From positions 174 to 64,173 of the forward strand of contig JAHBYA010000005.1 in NCBI GenBank assembly GCA_019636195.1: a stretch of 64,000 bases of DNA, read 5' to 3'. Under the pieces are notes generated by a model. The model had not been told where the DNA came from and ran no database searches. It saw only the letters and a program-made list of their open reading frames with translations. The first letter of the stretch is position 1; the number at the start of each line of letters is the position of its first letter. The stretch is from Planctomycetota bacterium (GTDB lineage: Bacteria > Planctomycetota > UBA8742 > UBA2392). Below are positions 15,491 through 25,189 of this stretch, one piece after another. A program made the translations under genes and the position numbers.

Positions 15491-17902
15491 GTGCGACGCA
15501 CTATAGTTCCAACCATGGCGGCAAAGACGCAACTGTTTGAAGACTCGCGCCGCGTGCTGGGCCGCTTCATTGAAGTCGCCCTGCCCACCCCTGTCGATCG
15601 CCTGTTTGACTACTCCGTGCCTGACGCGTTGATCGACCGCGCGCGCGTCGGCCACCGTGTGACCGTGCCGTTCGGCAAACGCAGCCTGCAGGGCTTTGTC
15701 GTCAGCGAAAAGAACGAATCGACGCTGCAGCGCCACCAGGTGAAAGACATCCTGGAAGCGCCCGACGAAGAACCGCTGGTCAACAAGGGCATGCTGGAGC
15801 TGGCCCAGTGGATGGCCGAGTACTACGCGTGCAGTTGGGGTGAGGCGCTGCAGGCGGTGCTGCCCGCCGTCGTGCGCACGGGCCGCAAGCGCCGCAAAAT
15901 TGCCGTGATCCGCGCCGGCAAGCCGCACCCCGAGCTGCTGGCCTTTGCCGCCGAGCTTGAAGAAAAAGTCCGCGACGCCAGGGCCGCAAAGGGCGCAGGC
16001 GCCAACGCCGGCGAGCGCAACGCCGGCTACGCCCGCGTGCTGCGCGCCGTGGGCACATACACAGAAGACACGTTTACGCCCCGCGACCTGGCCGAAAAAC
16101 TGGGCATCAGCGAGGCGCCGATCCGCACCCTGGCCAAACAGGGCTGGCTGCGCCTTGAACGCATTGAGCCCGAGCACGCGCCCGGCGGCATCTACGGCTG
16201 GGGGCCGGGCGACGGGCCCAAAGAGCCGACCGGCGACCAGCAGATCGCGCTTGAGCGCATTGCGTCAGCGCTGGACCGCGACGAGTTTCGTACCTATCTG
16301 CTGTTCGGCGTAACCGGCAGCGGCAAGACCGAGGTGTACGTCCGCGCTATCCAGCGCGCGCTGGCTGCCGGCAAGTCTGCCATTGTGCTGGTGCCCGAGA
16401 TCAGCCTGACGCCGCAGACCGTGCGCCGCTTTGCCAGCCGCTTCGACAACGTCAGCGTCCTGCACAGCAGCATGACCGACGCGCAGCGCCGCGACGCCTG
16501 GCGCGCCATCAAGTCCGGCAGTTCCCGGGTGGTGATCGGCCCGCGCAGCGCCCTGTTTGCGCCCGTCGTTGACCTCGGGCTGATCGTCGTCGATGAAGAA
16601 CACGACGGCGCCTACAAGCAGGACCACACGCCCCGCTACCACGCGCGCGACACAGCCGTCATCCGCTGTCGGCTGGAAAAGGCCGTGGCCCTGCTGGGCA
16701 GCGCGACGCCAAGCCTTGAAAGCTGGCACAACGCGCAGACAGGCAAGTACGAGCTGCTTGAGTTGCGGACCCGGGTGACAAGTCTCGAGTCCCCGGTCCC
16801 GGGTGCCGAGTCAGCGGACTCGGCACCCGGCACACGGCACGCGGCACTTGCCAGCGTTGAGATTATCGACATGGCGCAGGAGTGCCGCGAGCAGCACAAG
16901 TTCACGTTCTTTTCGCGGCGCCTGCGCGGCGCCTGCGCGCAAGCCCTTGAACGCGACGAGCAGGTAATCGTGTTTCTGAACCGGCGCGGCTATCACACGC
17001 TGCTGAATTGCGGCAATTGCGGCCAAGCCATGATGTGCCCGCAGTGCGCGGTGCCCATGTCGTACCACCGCGGTCTCAAGCGCATGACCTGCCACTACTG
17101 CCTGCACACCGCGGAGTTGCCGCGACAGTGCCCGTACTGCCTGGGCGGCCCGGTCAAGCTGCAGGGCATGGGCACCGAGCGCCTTGAAGAGGAACTGAAT
17201 GTGATCTTCGCCGGTCACAGCATCGCGCGCATGGACAGCGACGTGATGAAAACCCGCGACGACTATGAAGACACGCTCGAGGCCTTTCGCGCGGGGCAAA
17301 CCCGCATCCTGGTCGGCACGCAGATGATCGCCAAGGGACTGGACTTTCCCGACGTCACTGTGGTCGGCGTGGTCAGCGCCGACGTGGGCATGGGGCTTGG
17401 CGACTTTCGAAGCTTCGAGCGCAGCTTTCAGTTGCTCACGCAGGTCGCAGGCCGCGCGGGCCGCGGCAGCAAGCCCGGCGTTGCAATCATCCAGACGTTT
17501 CAGCCGCAGCACGTTTCAATCGTGACCGGCGCGCGCCAGGACTTCCGCGCCTTCAGCGAGTACGAACTCAAGCATCGAAAAGAGTCAAAGTACCCGCCGT
17601 TTTCTAGGCTGGTGCTAGTCACCGTAGAAGCCCAGGGCGAGGACAAAGCCGACGAAGAGGCCCGCAAGGCAGCATACACGGCGCAGGACTTCGCGCAGCG
17701 CTACCCGAACAGCATTTACTCCGTGGCGGGGCCCTTTGACGCGCCGATCGCGAAGCTGCGCGGCAAGCACCGCAAGCAGGTGATCATCAAGGCCAGGGGC
17801 TTCCGCGAGGTGCGCGGCGTTGTGGAGGCGCTCAAGCCGCTGGTAAAAGTCAGCGAAAGACTGAAACTCAGCATAGACGTGGACCCCGTGAACATGCTGT
17901 AG
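15491..17902 (+). CDS. priA: Primosomal protein N' (replication restart helicase PriA)
   Basis: Walker A is GVTGSGKTEVY and the DEAH-like motif is VVDEEHD. The Cys-rich zinc region is CGNCG..CPQC...CHYC...CPYC. FLNRRGY is also present. Confidence 0.92.
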   Translation: MRRTIVPTMAAKTQLFEDSRRVLGRFIEVALPTPVDRLFDYSVPDALIDRARVGHRVTVPFGKRSLQGFVVSEKNESTLQRHQVKDILEAPDEEPLVNKGMLELAQWMAEYYACSWGEALQAVLPAVVRTGRKRRKIAVIRAGKPHPELLAFAAELEEKVRDARAAKGAGANAGERNAGYARVLRAVGTYTEDTFTPRDLAEKLGISEAPIRTLAKQGWLRLERIEPEHAPGGIYGWGPGDGPKEPTGDQQIALERIASALDRDEFRTYLLFGVTGSGKTEVYVRAIQRALAAGKSAIVLVPEISLTPQTVRRFASRFDNVSVLHSSMTDAQRRDAWRAIKSGSSRVVIGPRSALFAPVVDLGLIVVDEEHDGAYKQDHTPRYHARDTAVIRCRLEKAVALLGSATPSLESWHNAQTGKYELLELRTRVTSLESPVPGAESADSAPGTRHAALASVEIIDMAQECREQHKFTFFSRRLRGACAQALERDEQVIVFLNRRGYHTLLNCGNCGQAMMCPQCAVPMSYHRGLKRMTCHYCLHTAELPRQCPYCLGGPVKLQGMGTERLEEELNVIFAGHSIARMDSDVMKTRDDYEDTLEAFRAGQTRILVGTQMIAKGLDFPDVTVVGVVSADVGMGLGDFRSFERSFQLLTQVAGRAGRGSKPGVAIIQTFQPQHVSIVTGARQDFRAFSEYELKHRKESKYPPFSRLVLVTVEAQGEDKADEEARKAAYTAQDFAQRYPNSIYSVAGPFDAPIAKLRGKHRKQVIIKARGFREVRGVVEALKPLVKVSERLKLSIDVDPVNML
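16782..16847. repeat. Heptamer-periodic palindromic element (copy D) embedded in-frame in priA
   Basis: A perfect 12-bp stem: GGGTGCCGAGTC (16801-16812), loop AGCG, GACTCGGCACCC (16817-16828). The right flank is the tandem heptamers GGCACCC GGCACAC GGCACGC GGCAC. The left flank is GAGTCCC CGGTCCC GGGTGCC. Confidence 0.75.
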
Positions 17903-17904
17903 CC

Positions 17905-18117
17905 ATGCCCGTATTCGATATCCAGTGCCCGATCATCGACGAACCCGCCCGCATTGACTTCGGCGGCGAAGAAGTGCGCGGCGCGCTGCGCTTTCGCGGG
18001 TTCACTTGTGAACACGAAGCCGCCTGCCGGCAGGCCGGCATCAAGTGCGCGTTGTTTGACGCCGACGGCCTTGAGCCCTTTGACGCGGCGGACGCCTTCG
18101 ACTTTTTCAACGGTTAG
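17905..18117 (+). CDS. Small acidic hypothetical protein (70 aa)
   Basis: The ATG lies 2 nt after the priA stop. Third-position GC bias is consistent with coding. No recognisable motif was seen. Confidence 0.4.
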   Translation: MPVFDIQCPIIDEPARIDFGGEEVRGALRFRGFTCEHEAACRQAGIKCALFDADGLEPFDAADAFDFFNG

Positions 18118-19901
18118 TGGTTCGTCGCGAACTCGGTGCTGCACACCAGCGCGTAAAACAGGTCTTCGTATGCCGCGGACTCGGGCTCGTTGCCCGCTGT
18201 TACCGACTTGATGTGCTCCTTGGCGCGCTTGAGTTCTTCAGCTGTCGGTTTGCGCGACAGCACACTCAAGTACAGCGCCTCCACGCGCGAGTCCACAGTG
18301 CTGAAATCGCGCATCACCGCGTACACCGTGCTGCCGTTGGTGCTGCCGCTCAGGCGCCGCGTCACGTCGCCGTTCAGCATCAGCAGCGCCTGGTCAATCG
18401 ACTGCGTGAACCCCTCGCTCAACGCCATTTCGTCGTCCTGCGCCAGCGCGGCATACTGCGCCGCCAGCGCACGCCGCAGCCGCCACTTCGGCCGCATACC
18501 GTCGATGCGGCCCATGTAGCGCTTCAGCAGGTCGTCGTCGAACTTCGTGTTGTTTTCAGGCTCCTGCCCGTTCTTCCTCTGCATCTCCAGAAACGCCGCG
18601 AACTGGCTTAATCGGTGGTATGCGCTGGGGTGCTGGCGCGCAAAACTCTTCAGCAGCGCGTCGCCATCCTCAAGGCTGAACAACGTCCCGAACAACTGCT
18701 CGGGCGTCAATTGCCGCACCGGCGCCGCCGCGAAGTGCCACAACTCGGACTTCTCCGGCTTGCCCGCGCTCGAAAGCTGATACGTCCGCGAGTTCAGTAT
18801 TCCGCGGTACAGCCGCTTCACGTCCCAGCCGTGCTTCACGAAGTCCGCAGCCAGCGCGTCCAGCAGCTTCGGGTGGCTGGCCTCGTTCAGGCTGTTGAAG
18901 TCATCCACCGGGTTCAAAAGCCCGATCCCGAACAGGAAGCTCCAGTGGCGGTTGACCACATACCGCGCCGTGGTCGGGTGTTTCGCGCTTACCAGCCAGT
19001 TGGCGAGCGCGCGGCGCCACACCTTGGGGTCGCGCGTTTTCAGCGCCTTGTCGCCCGGCAACTGCGGCGTGTTGTAGCGCATCAGGTCGTCAAGCCGCCC
19101 GCGATACTCGGCGGGAATGTCTTCTTTCAGCGTCTTGAGGTACGCAGCCAGCTGGTCCGCGGGCGGCACGTCCTTGGTCTCAATGCGCGGGTCAATCGGC
19201 TGGACGTAGAAGTCCGCCTGTATCTCGATCGGCGCGAAGAAGGCCGCCACGCCCGTGAACGCAGCCTGCGTCCACGCCGGGTCGTACGGATGGTCATGGC
19301 ACTCGGCGCACTGGATCTGCACGCCCGAAAAGTGCTTGCTGGTCACGCCCGCCGCGTCGGCTGTGCGAACCGGAAAGCCCGCCAGCCCGTAGTACGCCGC
19401 CGCCGGGTGTTCGCTGATGCGGCCCTCGGCGGTGATCATCGCCAGCGCGATTGCGTCAAAGCCTGCGCCCGCGTTGAAGCGCTCGGCCAGCCAGCCGGCC
19501 AGCACGTCGTTGGCAGAGTGCGCGAGCTCGCCCAGTTCGTCGTTGCCGCGCTCGCGGAACACGGGCATCCAGCGGTCGGCCAGGTGCTCACCGAAGCGCG
19601 GGTCAGCCAGCAGCCTGTCGATCAGGGCCGCGCGCTTGCCCGGCGCGTCGTCACCGAGAAAGGCCAGCGTTTCGGCGCGAGTCGGGGGCTCGCCGACGAC
19701 GTCGAGATACACGCGCCGCACGAACTCGCTGTCGCTGCCGGTTGGCGCGGGCGTAAGGCCATCGCGCTTGTGGACCGCGGCAACTTCGCGGTCAATCAGC
19801 GCCGAAACGCCCTCCGGCGCCTGCCCCCGCGCGGGCCAGCCAAGCCAGCCGGCCGCCGAAAGCACAGCCAGCGCCGCAAACAATGCGCACACCCGGTTCA
19901 T
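18114..19901 (-). CDS. DUF1549/DUF1553 domain protein (planctomycete-type)
   Basis: Has a signal peptide, the IQCAECHDHPYDPW motif typical of DUF1549, and a long C-terminal DUF1553-like region. Total length is 595 aa. Confidence 0.8.
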   Translation of the reverse strand: MNRVCALFAALAVLSAAGWLGWPARGQAPEGVSALIDREVAAVHKRDGLTPAPTGSDSEFVRRVYLDVVGEPPTRAETLAFLGDDAPGKRAALIDRLLADPRFGEHLADRWMPVFRERGNDELGELAHSANDVLAGWLAERFNAGAGFDAIALAMITAEGRISEHPAAAYYGLAGFPVRTADAAGVTSKHFSGVQIQCAECHDHPYDPAWTQAAFTGVAAFFAPIEIQADFYVQPIDPRIETKDVPPADQLAAYLKTLKEDIPAEYRGRLDDLMRYNTPQLPGDKALKTRDPKVWRRALANWLVSAKHPTTARYVVNRHWSFLFGIGLLNPVDDFNSLNEASHPKLLDALAADFVKHGWDVKRLYRGILNSRTYQLSSAGKPEKSELWHFAAAPVRQLTPEQLFGTLFSLEDGDALLKSFARQHPSAYHRLSQFAAFLEMQRKNGQEPENNTKFDDDLLKRYMGRIDGMRPKWRLRRALAAQYAALAQDDEMALSEGFTQSIDQALLMLNGDVTRRLSGSTNGSTVYAVMRDFSTVDSRVEALYLSVLSRKPTAEELKRAKEHIKSVTAGNEPESAAYEDLFYALVCSTEFATNH

Positions 19902-19952
19902 GGTTCACCAGTGTACATGATTGCATGAAGCCGTTGCGCGATTTCAGGGGCG

Positions 19953-20408
19953 CTACTTGACCTCAAGGCCGGGGAAGTCCTTGAAGAACTCAAGAAACGC
20001 CGCCAGCTCGGCCTTGCCCGGCCGAAAGCCCAGCGCGCCGAACTCGTAGCCCGTCTCTTTGGTCGAAAACACCACGCTGCGCCGGATGAATCCCGTGAAG
20101 ATGCGCATGCGCTTGAAACCAGCCAGCGGCTTCACTTGCGGGCCGGTCTCCTGCGCGGCCCAGGCTGCAAGCTGCTGTTCAAGGCGCTCAGCCGTTGTGG
20201 CGGGGTCAGCCAGCAGCTCGGCAATCACGTCACCGGGCTTGCGTCCGCCGATGGAGTATTGCCGTTCGGTCTCGCCGATCGTGTCGTGCGGGAACAGGTA
20301 AAGCGCCGTACGCGTGGCAACCACGGTGCAGTTGCCCACGCCCAGGTTCTCAAGGGCAATCGAAACCTTGGCGGCAACAGCAAAGTCCTTTCCCGGTTGA
20401 ATGGCCAT
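19953..20408 (-). CDS. Hypothetical protein
   Basis: 151-aa ORF with coding-like codon bias. No recognisable motif. Confidence 0.55.
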   Translation of the reverse strand: MAIQPGKDFAVAAKVSIALENLGVGNCTVVATRTALYLFPHDTIGETERQYSIGGRKPGDVIAELLADPATTAERLEQQLAAWAAQETGPQVKPLAGFKRMRIFTGFIRRSVVFSTKETGYEFGALGFRPGKAELAAFLEFFKDFPGLEVK

Positions 20409-20449
20409 GCATCCCCCGAAGCCCAGTATCGCCAGCGCTTGATCAGGCG

Positions 20450-21124
20450 CTATTCCCTTGGCGCAGTCGCCCGCAAGGCCTTTGACATGAGTTGGGTCAG
20501 CCGGACCACGTCATCCACCATGGTCTCCATGTCCGGCACGTTCGCGAGCACTTCAGGAATCTCAACCTTGACTTGGTCCCCTTGCACCAGCACCAGCGGG
20601 TACTGCGACAACAGCGCTTGCAGCATTGTACGCACTGGGCCAGTCAGCAAAGCCTTGGCGCCGGCTGAGTCGCGGCTCCAGATGGTATAGTCTTTCAGCT
20701 CGGGGAGCTTCAACGCCAACGGGGTTTCATTCGGCCCCCCGCCGAGAAGGTCCATCCGCTCGGTGGACATCAGCATCATAGGCAATTGCGTGCCCAGCCA
20801 AGCGGTGACGGCGGTGTAGTACACGCGTTCTCCGCCGTGGCTGTGCCATTCGGTCGTGATCATTACGGGTACATTGCGAAAGTCTCCGCGCAACAGTGGC
20901 GCACCGACGTTGCTGGGCATGTGCTCAAAGCCGTGCTTGGCAGCGAAGGCCTTCCACGCTGCGCCAACCCGCAGCCGCATGCGCACAAACCAAATCACCA
21001 GACCGGCAATCACGCCGCCAGCAGCCAGCCCGACCAGCCCGACCACAAGCCCTGTGTTCGCAAACATGAACCAATCCAACACCGGAGACTGAGCCCAGTC
21101 AATCCTGCCACAAGCGAGAAGCAT
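20450..21124 (-). CDS. Hypothetical membrane-anchored protein
   Basis: 224-aa ORF with one N-terminal TM helix (GLVVGLVGLAAGGVIAGLVIWFV). The start may instead be the internal M at 21067. Confidence 0.55.
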   Translation of the reverse strand: MLLACGRIDWAQSPVLDWFMFANTGLVVGLVGLAAGGVIAGLVIWFVRMRLRVGAAWKAFAAKHGFEHMPSNVGAPLLRGDFRNVPVMITTEWHSHGGERVYYTAVTAWLGTQLPMMLMSTERMDLLGGGPNETPLALKLPELKDYTIWSRDSAGAKALLTGPVRTMLQALLSQYPLVLVQGDQVKVEIPEVLANVPDMETMVDDVVRLTQLMSKALRATAPRE

Positions 21125-21230
21125 GGGGGTGCAGGCGTCTCTCCCGCACGGCCGGACACACCCTGTGCCCGTAAGAACAGAGGCGCGGGCCAGAGGCCGG
21201 CAGCAAGTGCAGGCAGGATGCCCGCGCTCC

Positions 21231-23270
21231 CTACCATTTCACGAGTTCTTCGATGGCGGCCATTACGCCAGCTTTTTGGGGCAGGACTGCGTTTTCGAGC
21301 GGCTTGGCGTAGGGGCAGAAGCTGTCTTGGGCGGCTACTCTTTTTACCGGGGCGTCCAGTTCATTGAAGGCTTCTTCCATGATCCGTGCGCTGATCTCGG
21401 CGCCGAAGCCCATGGTCAGGGTGTCTTCGTGGAGCACGAGGCAGCGGTTGGTCTTGGCGATGCTCTTGAACACTGCCTCCTGGTCCCACGGCAGAATCGT
21501 TCGCAGGTCGATTACTTCGACGCTGATCTTGTCCTCAAGGGCCAGCGCGGCGTCTTGCGCGATCATTACTGTGTTGCCCCACGTTACCAGCGTTACGTCT
21601 GTGCCTTCGCGTACTATGCGCGCATGGCCGAAGGGCAGCACGTAGTCCTTGTCCGGCTCGGGGCTCTTGCAGCGCTCCTGTCGGTACAGGTTTTTGCACT
21701 CCATGAACAGCACCGGGTCTTCGCCCCGTATCGCGGCCTTGAGCAGCCCCTTGGCGTCGGCGGCGTTTGAAGGCATCGCGATGCGCAGGCCGGGCCGGGT
21801 CGCGAACGTGCCTTCAATGCATTGGCTGTGGTACATCGCGCCTTGAATGTAGCCGCCGACGGGTACGCGAATCACCATGGGCGCGGGCCAGTTGTTGTTG
21901 CTGCGGTAGCGGGCGGTCGCCACCTCGTTCACGACCTGCATCATGGCTGGGAAAATGTAATCGCCGAACTGGATTTCGACGACGGCTTTGCGGCCCGGCT
22001 TGTACGAGTAGCCCAGCGCGGTGCCGATGATGGTGGCTTCCGCCAGCGGGCTGTTGAACACGCGGTGGGTGCCAAAGCGGGTACTCAGGCCCTTGGTGGC
22101 GCCGAACACGCCGCCTTTGCCGTCCTGTACGTCCTGGCCCCAGCACACGAGGTGTTCGTCGCGTTCGAACTCTTCGTGCAGGGCGTGGTTGATGCCTTCA
22201 ATCAGGGGTATGCGTTCGCCTTCTGACTTGGGCCCGGCACTGGCGTGTCGGGCTGTAAGCGCGTTTTCTTCTTCAAAGTACACGTGGCGGGCGGCGGTGC
22301 TGGGGTCCGGGTGCGGGTGGGCCTCGGCGCGCTCGGCGGCTTCGTCGATTTCCTGCTTTACTTGTTCTTCAAGGGCGACGAGTTCGTCTTCGTCGGCCAG
22401 CCCGTTGTCGACGATCCACTGGCGCAGCTTCTTGTTGGGGTCCTTCTTTGACTCTTCGGCGATCTGGTCGTCGGTCATGTACAGCTTGCGGTTGTCGCTG
22501 CTGCTGTGGCCCCACAGGCGCACGACGTGGCTTACGACAATCGCGGGGCCTTTGCCCTTGCGGCACCATTCGTGGGCCTTGCTGAAAGCCTCATAGCTTT
22601 CAAACAGGTCCAGGCCGTCGCACGGGAAAATGCCGAGGTTGGCGTAGCCCTTGACCCATTGCTCGATCGGTTGCGCGCGCTCCTGGCTGTGGTGCGTGCT
22701 GATGCCGTAGCCGTTGTCTTCAACGTGGAAAAGCACGGGGCACTTGTGGATGGTTGCCCAGTTCAGGCCCTCGTGAAATTCGCCCTGTGCACAGCCGGCA
22801 TCGCCGCCTGACACGTACACGACTTCATCTTCGCCATCAAGTTTGGCGCCGTGGGCGCGGCCGGCGGCTTGAAGCCACTGGGTGCCGACGCAGCTTGACT
22901 TGCTGATAATGCGGTGCTTCTTGTGGCCGAAGTGGCTGGGCATCTGGCGCGAGCCGCTGGCGGGGTCGCCTTCGCGTGCCATGAAGCCGGTAAAGATTTC
23001 TTCGGTGGTGACGCCGAGGCCGAGCACGTAAGTGAGGTCGCGGTAGTGGCAGATGCTCCAGTCCTTGCCGGCGCGAAAGACCATGCTGGCGGCGGCGAGC
23101 GCGGCTTCGTGGCCGGGGCCGGAAATCTGGAAAGTGCCGCCCTTGGACTGGCGCAGGATGATGGCGCATTTGTCCTCAGTCATGCGCGAGGTAATCATGG
23201 TGCGGTAGGCCGCGAGGACCTGGTCGTTGGTGAGTCCACGCGTGTCTTTGCGGGCGGCGGTTTTTGCCAT
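21231..23270 (-). CDS. Thiamine-diphosphate-dependent 2-oxoacid dehydrogenase E1 component, fused alpha and beta subunits
   Basis: 679 aa. The TPP-binding segment is VYVSGGDAGCAQGEFHEGLNWA...VEDNGYGIS. The C-terminal half resembles a transketolase-like E1 beta subunit (..VFNSPLAEATIIG..). Confidence 0.88.
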   Translation of the reverse strand: MAKTAARKDTRGLTNDQVLAAYRTMITSRMTEDKCAIILRQSKGGTFQISGPGHEAALAAASMVFRAGKDWSICHYRDLTYVLGLGVTTEEIFTGFMAREGDPASGSRQMPSHFGHKKHRIISKSSCVGTQWLQAAGRAHGAKLDGEDEVVYVSGGDAGCAQGEFHEGLNWATIHKCPVLFHVEDNGYGISTHHSQERAQPIEQWVKGYANLGIFPCDGLDLFESYEAFSKAHEWCRKGKGPAIVVSHVVRLWGHSSSDNRKLYMTDDQIAEESKKDPNKKLRQWIVDNGLADEDELVALEEQVKQEIDEAAERAEAHPHPDPSTAARHVYFEEENALTARHASAGPKSEGERIPLIEGINHALHEEFERDEHLVCWGQDVQDGKGGVFGATKGLSTRFGTHRVFNSPLAEATIIGTALGYSYKPGRKAVVEIQFGDYIFPAMMQVVNEVATARYRSNNNWPAPMVIRVPVGGYIQGAMYHSQCIEGTFATRPGLRIAMPSNAADAKGLLKAAIRGEDPVLFMECKNLYRQERCKSPEPDKDYVLPFGHARIVREGTDVTLVTWGNTVMIAQDAALALEDKISVEVIDLRTILPWDQEAVFKSIAKTNRCLVLHEDTLTMGFGAEISARIMEEAFNELDAPVKRVAAQDSFCPYAKPLENAVLPQKAGVMAAIEELVKW

Positions 23271-23359
23271 GGCGATCTCCTGCCGCGATTGTGGCCAGCG
23301 GCGCGAGTCGGGTCAAGAAAGGCTTGACCGGCAATGATTCAAAACGCCAATAGGGCGTT

Positions 23360-24256
23360 ATGGACTTCAACGAGCTGATCAAAAACGGCTGGGCAAGGCA
23401 TGACAAGCACACCGGCGAGGTTTCCGCCGAGCTGGAAGCGCACGCGGGACTGGCCGATGACCCCGGCAAAGCCGTGCAACTGATCACGCTGGCTGTGCAC
23501 ATGATGGGCGGCCACGCCGGCGAGTGGGCGCGTGCGGCGGCGCTGGCGGATCGTGTGGTGAAGGCGCTTGCTGAAAGCGCAGAACTTGCGCCGGCCCTGG
23601 GTAACCTTGCAGTCGCGCGCTTCATGGCGGGCGATTACGCGGGCGCGCTGGCCGCCGAGTCTGACGCGGCGCGGCTGACGGACGGCCAGCCGGTATCGGT
23701 GATGGCGCGCACGCGGGTGCTGATTGCGTCGGCGCTGGTGGATGCAAGGCGGCTTGACGAGGCCGTACGGGTGTATGAGGCGGCAGTGGCGCTGGCGAAG
23801 TCGCGCGACGACAAGCTGGCCTGCGACCGCGCGATTGCCGTGACCAGCAACAACCTGGCCAGCGAGTTTCTGGGCCGTGAGAACCTGCCGGATGCTGAAA
23901 AGGCGCTGATGCTCAGCGCGGCGATCAATGCCCGCGAGTTCTGGCTCAAGTGCGGCACATGGGAAAACGAAGAGCGCGCCGAGTACCTGCTCGCGTGCGT
24001 CTATAACAAGCTTGGCAAGCCGCAGCAGGCGCTGGAGCACTCCGAGCGCGGCCTTGAGGTGATTGCCGCCAACGGTGAAGAAGTGGTGGATGAAGCGTTC
24101 CTGAACCTCACGCAGGCCAACAGTTGCCGGTTACTGGGCAACCGGGAGGGCTATGACCGCGCAATCCAGCGCGCCGATGAGCTTGCCGCCGAGTGGACCG
24201 ACCAGGGGCTGAAAGACTGGTACGCCGAAGATCGTGCAAAGGTGGCGTGGCAATAG
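23360..24256 (+). CDS. Hypothetical helical-repeat (TPR-like) protein
   Basis: 298-aa ORF that is Ala/Leu-rich and helical. A short hairpin (AACGCC..GGCGTT) abuts the ATG. Confidence 0.6.
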   Translation: MDFNELIKNGWARHDKHTGEVSAELEAHAGLADDPGKAVQLITLAVHMMGGHAGEWARAAALADRVVKALAESAELAPALGNLAVARFMAGDYAGALAAESDAARLTDGQPVSVMARTRVLIASALVDARRLDEAVRVYEAAVALAKSRDDKLACDRAIAVTSNNLASEFLGRENLPDAEKALMLSAAINAREFWLKCGTWENEERAEYLLACVYNKLGKPQQALEHSERGLEVIAANGEEVVDEAFLNLTQANSCRLLGNREGYDRAIQRADELAAEWTDQGLKDWYAEDRAKVAWQ

Positions 24257-24267
24257 CGCGCAAACCC

Positions 24268-25158
24268 ATGGCCGAGATACTTCCTTACAATGATGAGCTG
24301 CTTCCGCACTGGGCCGAGTTGCACAACGCGGCCTTCAACGGCCTGCACAACTTCTGGCCGGTGACGGCCCGCGACCTCAAGCGCCGCGTGGTACTGGCCC
24401 CGGGCTTTGAGCCGGACCACCTGCGGTTTGCGCAACTGGGTGACGAGCTGGTGGGCTTTGCCCACGGCGGCGAGCGGGGCTTGTACGCGATTGGCGTGCG
24501 GCCGGACGCGCGCCGTGCGGGCATCGGCAGCGAGCTGCTGGCGGCACTTGGCGTGCGGGGCTTTGACGGACGGGCGCTGAACCCGTACTGGGGCAACACC
24601 CGCGGGCCCGAGACGAGCTTCTTCGGCATGGTTGAGGGCATCGGCATTGAGGCTGACCAGCCGGCGTGCGAGTTCTTCAGGCGCCGCGGCGCGCGGCAGG
24701 TCGCGACGGCGGTCAACCTGCGCGCCACGCCGGACGGCATTGATCTTGAGCCAGGGCGCGACGCGCGCACGCGCGCGGAAACGCTGGGATACGAGTTCGC
24801 GACGCTGATGGGCCGTTGCCCGCGCCTTGGCGATGAACTGGCCAGCGAGCGGCCCCTGCGCGGCACATACTTCACAGCCGCGGCCACTCACGAAGGAGTG
24901 GTGGCAGGCGTGGCGGTGGGCTTCCCGACGCCGGAGCTCGGGCCCGGGCGCTACGGCGTGTTCACGCTTGAGGTTGCGCATGAGCACCGCCGCCGGGCGG
25001 TGGGCAGCGCGCTGGTGATGCAGCTGCTGCTGGAAATGCAGGCGGGGCCATTCACGGCCTGCGAAGTGACGACCGTGCCCAACGACAGCCCGGGCGCGAT
25101 GGAACTTTACGAGCGCCTGGGCTTTCAACCTTGCGCGCGCTTTGCGGTGTGGGAGTGA
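24268..25158 (+). CDS. GNAT-family N-acetyltransferase (two acetyltransferase-like halves)
   Basis: The start is taken as MAEILPYND.... Acetyl-CoA-binding-like motifs are RRAGIGSELLAAL and RRRAVGSALVMQLL. Confidence 0.75.
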   Translation: MAEILPYNDELLPHWAELHNAAFNGLHNFWPVTARDLKRRVVLAPGFEPDHLRFAQLGDELVGFAHGGERGLYAIGVRPDARRAGIGSELLAALGVRGFDGRALNPYWGNTRGPETSFFGMVEGIGIEADQPACEFFRRRGARQVATAVNLRATPDGIDLEPGRDARTRAETLGYEFATLMGRCPRLGDELASERPLRGTYFTAAATHEGVVAGVAVGFPTPELGPGRYGVFTLEVAHEHRRRAVGSALVMQLLLEMQAGPFTACEVTTVPNDSPGAMELYERLGFQPCARFAVWE

Positions 25159-25189
25159 CGGGTTCAAAGTACGCAGGCCATGATCTAGA

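Noticed and set aside
23319-23339. GGTCAAG-AAAGG-CTTGACC hairpin, possibly related to the CTTGACACG..CGTGTCAAG repeat at 11310-11340.
   Set aside because: Only the hexamer GTCAAG/CTTGAC is shared, and the half-site orientation is opposite. That is too little to claim a common motif.
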